NCBI GenBank assembly: GCA_051362555.1
Contig: CM120647.1
Coordinates: 5,642,001-5,706,000, forward strand
Source of the DNA: Lingula anatina
Lineage: Eukaryota > Animalia > Brachiopoda
DNA length: 64,000 bases
Direction of reading: 5' to 3'
Shown: positions 59,021 to 64,000 of the stretch, piece by piece
Numbering within the stretch: the stretch's first letter is position 1
How the letters are laid out: the number at the start of each line of letters is the position of its first letter
Made by a program: the position numbers and the translations under genes
Notes under the pieces: model-generated
What the model saw: the letters and a program-made list of their open reading frames with translations, nothing else
What the model was told of the DNA's origin: nothing
Database searches by the model: none

Positions 59021-59779
59021 CATCATTATAAAAGTATACTCAACACCATATTTTAGAATAGTACAGGGAAAACTTAACCAATGCATCATACATGAATTTG
59101 TAATAGTAAATTTAATAAGTGCAGAGGCAAGATGTCAAAAGATCAGTACATTCCATGTTTTGTGATTTCTAGGATATAAACATTACTACTACAGTGAACT
59201 TCAAGTCACAAATGTATTATAATGTTGCATAAAACTCTCAACAACTTTAAAACTTTAACATGCATAAATGTTATTGAAGTTAAAAACTAAAAGTTATCAG
59301 ACTTTGTAAATGACTGTCTTTACTGACACCAAAGTTATCAGTCAGTAATATTCAACAAAATACAATCACAAAGTGTAAAAAATGAAGTAAAATAAGCCAT
59401 CTATGCGCAAGACATTTCCCGTGTAGGTAAACAAACGTAAACAAAAAATGCATACAGCCATTGCAATCTTGCAAGAACATCTACCGCAATCACTATACAA
59501 ACATTACTGTTGCTTGCTATGCCTGTAGTAACACACCCCTCCAAAATCTATCTGAGATTTTTAACAACGCAAACTAATGCAAATTTCAAGTAACACAAAC
59601 TGAAAACACATGATAGCACTTCTAACAAAAATTAAAGAATTAGTTAAAATCTACAATTTTACACAATGCAATGTGTTACTCACTATGATTCTAATACGCA
59701 GTAACCTTGCAAAGAGTGCATTACCTGCACAATTGAAACATCAAATTAAATGTAATATCTAAAAGTTATTTATTTCCAG

Positions 59780-61625
59780 TGTAAACTTCACTGTCTTTCT
59801 AGAAGCAACACCAACTTGTGAATAGGGTATTTCAGTATCACTAAGCACAGATTTACTTGATATCCACACAGGCAATATCATTGATGTTGCCCGAGGCTTG
59901 TCAGAGGCACAACATATGGAAATGGCAGATACAGGTTGATCCCCTTGGCCTCACTTTTGGTCTAAATATAGTAGGGAGGGATGAGATCCCTTGCATTTAG
60001 AGCATGTGGCACGTCTCCTACACTCTTTCGAGATGTGACCTCTTCTTAAACATCCAAAACAAAGTTTATTGTCTCTAACAAATTTCTTCTTTTCTTCCAT
60101 GCTCTTGGCATCAAACTGTGAACATTTGTGGATAGAATGTAAACCATCACAAAAATGCATGGAGGGTACTGCTCTGAGGAATTGTTTGAGCTTGTAGTGA
60201 ATGAGTGACTTAATTTTTCAGCAGGCTTGCTGTTCTTAGGATCTTGAAGGTTACCAAAGATGGGGTGATTAAGAATCCTTGCTTGCTCTTCTACGAACTA
60301 ACAATGTCACTGAATTTTACCACCCTTTCAAGCGTTTCTGAGATGTAGTCTGCTTGGGTTCTCCATTTTTTCCACAAGTCGCTAGGGGGCTTATTTATCA
60401 ATAATTTCAACGTTTCAGGATTTTCTATGCAATGGGAATACCCAATCTCCTTTAACGTATTCTGACAAGAGGTCAGCGACATGGAGAACCTTCTCAGGGC
60501 TGCTGAGTCCTCAACCTTGACAACAGGAATGTTGTTGAGTTTATCTACCGTCTAGCTATTAAAAAACAAAACTACTGGTACGCGTTTGATCGATAACTGA
60601 TTTAATTCTCGTAAGATTACCATCCGCCCCCTTCCTTATGAATAGGTATTACTTTATTAATACAATGCAACCGACGTGTAGCCGCACGTTAGAAGACAAT
60701 GTGTGATTACGCACAGCAGTATGAGGCCGCTACCCCTTCCCAGCAAGGAGTCAACTAAGCCGCAAGTTTGAAGACAATGCGTGATTACTCACAGCAGTAG
60801 GAGGCCGCTACCGCTCCCCAGCAAGGAGTCAACACAGCAGCGCGTAACCCGGGCTTAATTAGGGGTTATTGGCTGTCCACTTATGATCGGTATTGTTCGT
60901 CTTGATTGCAGCACACTTCCTACTCACTATTGGTTCGCCCGCCTCTTCTTTAAATGCTCTCTCAAACCTTTCCTCAGTCAGCCCAGAATGGAAACACATT
61001 TATCTGCCGATAAACTACGTCGTTGATGTATTATTCGGCATCATTCTACAGTGGGTCATAAGGCTCTATCTATGATTTTTTTCGTATCGCATTTTACCAG
61101 ATTAAGCTGACGCTAGAAAACTAAATTTAATGAATAATTTTCTCACGTGCACGTATCCAGCTAATTTTACGACAATAACTACCATGGCACCTCCGCCATT
61201 TGCAATTGTAGACGAACCACGTTTCCAGCTGATAGGCCAATACAACTATACCAGACCCATTGCACGAGAAAAGACCGTTTATATTTAATGAATTAAAAAC
61301 ATTTGAGGATCGCGATTTTCTATTGATATACTATCGATGGTATCCCTGTATTAATGCTGTAGCAATTTTAAAATCCTGACCATTCCTTTTCTTCAAAAGT
61401 TTGCGAGCCTCTAGGTAACCATCTTCAGAATTCATGGCACTACAACTCTTCATCAACTCCTGCACTTCACCTCTTGTATATTGAACCAAGTAGTATAATC
61501 TGGTATTTGCATTTTGGGTTTTTGTTTCAATAAGGTTCTCAAAGGCTCGAATGAATTCACTATACTTTAATGGATTTCCATAAAAAAAATCGGCATTTCC
61601 ATAATTGTAAGTGTAAGGGCCGTCA
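59780..61625 (-). mobile_element. BEL/Pao gag fragment split by an ~800-bp insertion (60552-61353)
   Basis: [18 protein letters not shown]...[11 protein letters not shown], continuing GQDFKIATA | VDKL across the insert, then KLCFGCLRRGHISKEC...CSKC...HPSLL. Confidence 0.88.
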
Positions 61626-62519
61626 ACACCTGAGTAATATGCTCATCAGAGGGCACATTTCCTCAGCAGTAGTAGGTAATGTAACTGAGGTAGTTGCTGT
61701 GAATGCATGAGTAGCTGGGGCAGCTGTAACAGTCGAGGCAAGTGGAACAGCAGGAAAAAGGGGAGTACTCGTAACATGTGTATCAATTGAAAGGGGCACT
61801 GGTATGGGAGTAACTGGGCTGGCTCCCACCCTGGCAGCTGAGTTTTCTGAAATTGGAGTACTCATACTGAAATGCAAAGCATATATATATACAATTAAAA
61901 TAAATAAATAAATAAATAAAAAACAAGAGACATGTAATAACCCGACTTCGAGTTTCACGGGCATACCCAGAAGGTATGCCTGATCGGCAGGAGGTTTATT
62001 TGAAAATAGTTTTTTAGTTGTTATCTGCTATCATTCTTTCTCCATTGCTAAAATCAGTAGGGTCCCTTTTCAGGACACCACTAAGATCTGTGAAAACTTC
62101 TTGATATTTGCTCCATAAGGTACAGATACTGTCCTTAATAATTTGAATCTCCTCAACCTCCTTTAAGTCACAACAGTTAAAGTTCATAAGTTCAGTATCT
62201 ATGTGGGCACTTAACTTGTCTAACTTGGTTGTAAATGGACTAATCTTTCTATTTAAGTTTCACAGTCAAGAACAACAAGAGATCTCCTCGGTAAGACCCT
62301 TTATTCATTCTGTCTATTCTGCTGGAAGTCCAGCTTTTATATATTCTGTACAAGGAAATATTTTGAATCTTAATTGTAACTTTCTCTTAACATGTATTGT
62401 TGTCAAACATTAGTATTCCGAATCTTAATTGTAACTTTCTCTTAACATGTATTGTTGTCAAACATTAATTATGCATAAGGTCACATGTATAGGACTACGT
62501 AATAAGGTGCATGATAGGG

Positions 62520-63044
62520 CTTCCCCGGCGAGTTAGGTTTCGAGCCTCGAAACTATTATATTAACTTTAAAAAAAATTGTGGTCAATAATCTCCGTTAAA
62601 ATAGAGTCCATTCCTACTGAACACAATTCAATGCACTACACTCCAATGTGATTTATGACAAATACAATCAAGTACAACAAGATATTATATGATACAATGC
62701 AGTAATTATCATTCAACACATTACACTACGATACAATACACTATGAAAGACTATTAGATGATAGCTACTATCATAATATGTGACTAATTTATATCTAGAT
62801 CAATACAAAGGAGGATCCCGAGACTGCTGGATTACAAAAAATTAAATATATATCTGGTACACACAATACACGTGGATCGAACGGTTAGAATCATATTTTG
62901 TGGATAGGTATGTAATGAATGTAGCCATGGTGTAGGGCTACCAAATGGGTATCAAACCGTTTTTGGGTGATGTTTTTTAAGCTCCACTGAGGGATCCTCC
63001 TTTGTATTGATCTAGATATAAATAAACCTAACTCGCCGGGGAAG
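62520..63044. mobile_element. Non-autonomous TIR element with interrupted left TIR
   Basis: CTTCCCCGGCGAGTTAGGTTT is perfectly inverted at 63024-63044. A second 33-bp arm at 62787-62819 pairs with 62991-63023. Confidence 0.8.
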
Positions 63045-63109
63045 GAATCAAAGTCGGGGGGCAACACAGGATCTGGGTGGAAAGGTTTCTAGCACGTCAA
63101 CTCAGGGTT

Positions 63110-63565
63110 TGGAATTTTCCTCGAGTACACAAATCGTAGCAATAGGCCTTCTCAACTCATGTTTAGAGGTCTTAACAACCATTCTTTCCATCTGTCTAGT
63201 ATGTCTGCTGGTAATGGTTCATCCCATGGATGTTTCTTCATCCATAATTCTTGTTGCATCATCTTGGCTAGGGTAATGAATGGAGATATGTAACCACAAG
63301 GGTCAAATATGGAAGCCATTGTGCTAACCATTCCCCCCTTGGTCAATATCGGATCTTTCAGCTTGCATTGAAATGTGAAGGTGTCGAGCTTAAGCTTCCA
63401 GTTAATGCCTAGAGTGCATTGCCGAGGGGCTGTTTCTGCTCTGTCTAAGTCTAGGCTCTGGATTGCCGTCTCAGTGCTGTCCATTGCAGCCAATACATCT
63501 GATTTGTTGGAGAGCCACTTGTGAAGTCTGAACCCACCTCTCTGTAGCAGATTTACCAATTCCTT
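63110..63565 (-). mobile_element. BEL/Pao pol fragment (RT end / Peptidase_A17 region)
   Basis: GGFRLHKWLSN, TLGINW, SIFDPCGYISPF...K..MQ.LW....WDEPLP...W..W, fused to an integrase-end-like RPIATICVL. Confidence 0.9.
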
Positions 63566-64000
63566 GTGTTATGTCTTGTGCTTGTTTGCAAACCATGTGC
63601 ACTCTGTGTGGGTTATAGATTACTATATCTTTATACTCATCACTCAAGACCATGTGGACTGCCATCTTACTATCCTTTATTTCCTAAAGAGCCCTTGCCA
63701 CTAGTGTCGCCACTAGACAAGACATTAGACCTTGGATAATTTGATTGCTTGTGGTGCACTGTCTGTATTCCTGCGCAGCGTGTGCATCGTGTCCTTGGAC
63801 ATGGGTTAAATCTTCTTTGTTGGGGTTGTCCTCTGGGTCGCTGTGATGGACCTCTATATTGCCTGGTTTCTCTGCGGAATTGGGGTTTCCTACCACTGGC
63901 ACCCTTGACTACATGGACTGTTGTACTGGTCTCTCTTTGTTCTAATATAGTTTTGGATTCTATCTTTTGTTCGTGGAGATGTCAAGTCTTCTTTCCACAA

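Overview
AT-rich eukaryotic DNA, most likely an invertebrate animal; the taxon cannot be fixed from the sequence. Four spliced protein-coding genes can be assembled by hand from GT-AG exons. Two are tandem minus-strand paralogues encoding secreted Cys-rich proteins, each with two atypical peritrophin-A (ChtBD2/CBM14) chitin-binding modules (18484-22146 and 24729-26549). The third is RDM1 (minus, 30393-33636), which carries a 1-nt frameshift in exon 2. The fourth is the divergently oriented VCPKMT/METTL21D (plus, 37053-43153), whose intron 2 holds a young 5'-truncated L1/Tx1 insertion with a TSD. The first 17 kb is repeat DNA: a ~705-bp satellite of about six copies, many MITEs and LINE remnants. 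From ~44.3 kb to the window end is a dense mosaic of short fragments of unrelated transposons (Copia, Gypsy, BEL/Pao, hAT and others). Every protein-coding remnant I could recognise there lies on the minus strand, which suggests a flamenco-like uni-strand piRNA cluster downstream of VCPKMT. All calls are from manual reading and no database searches were run.
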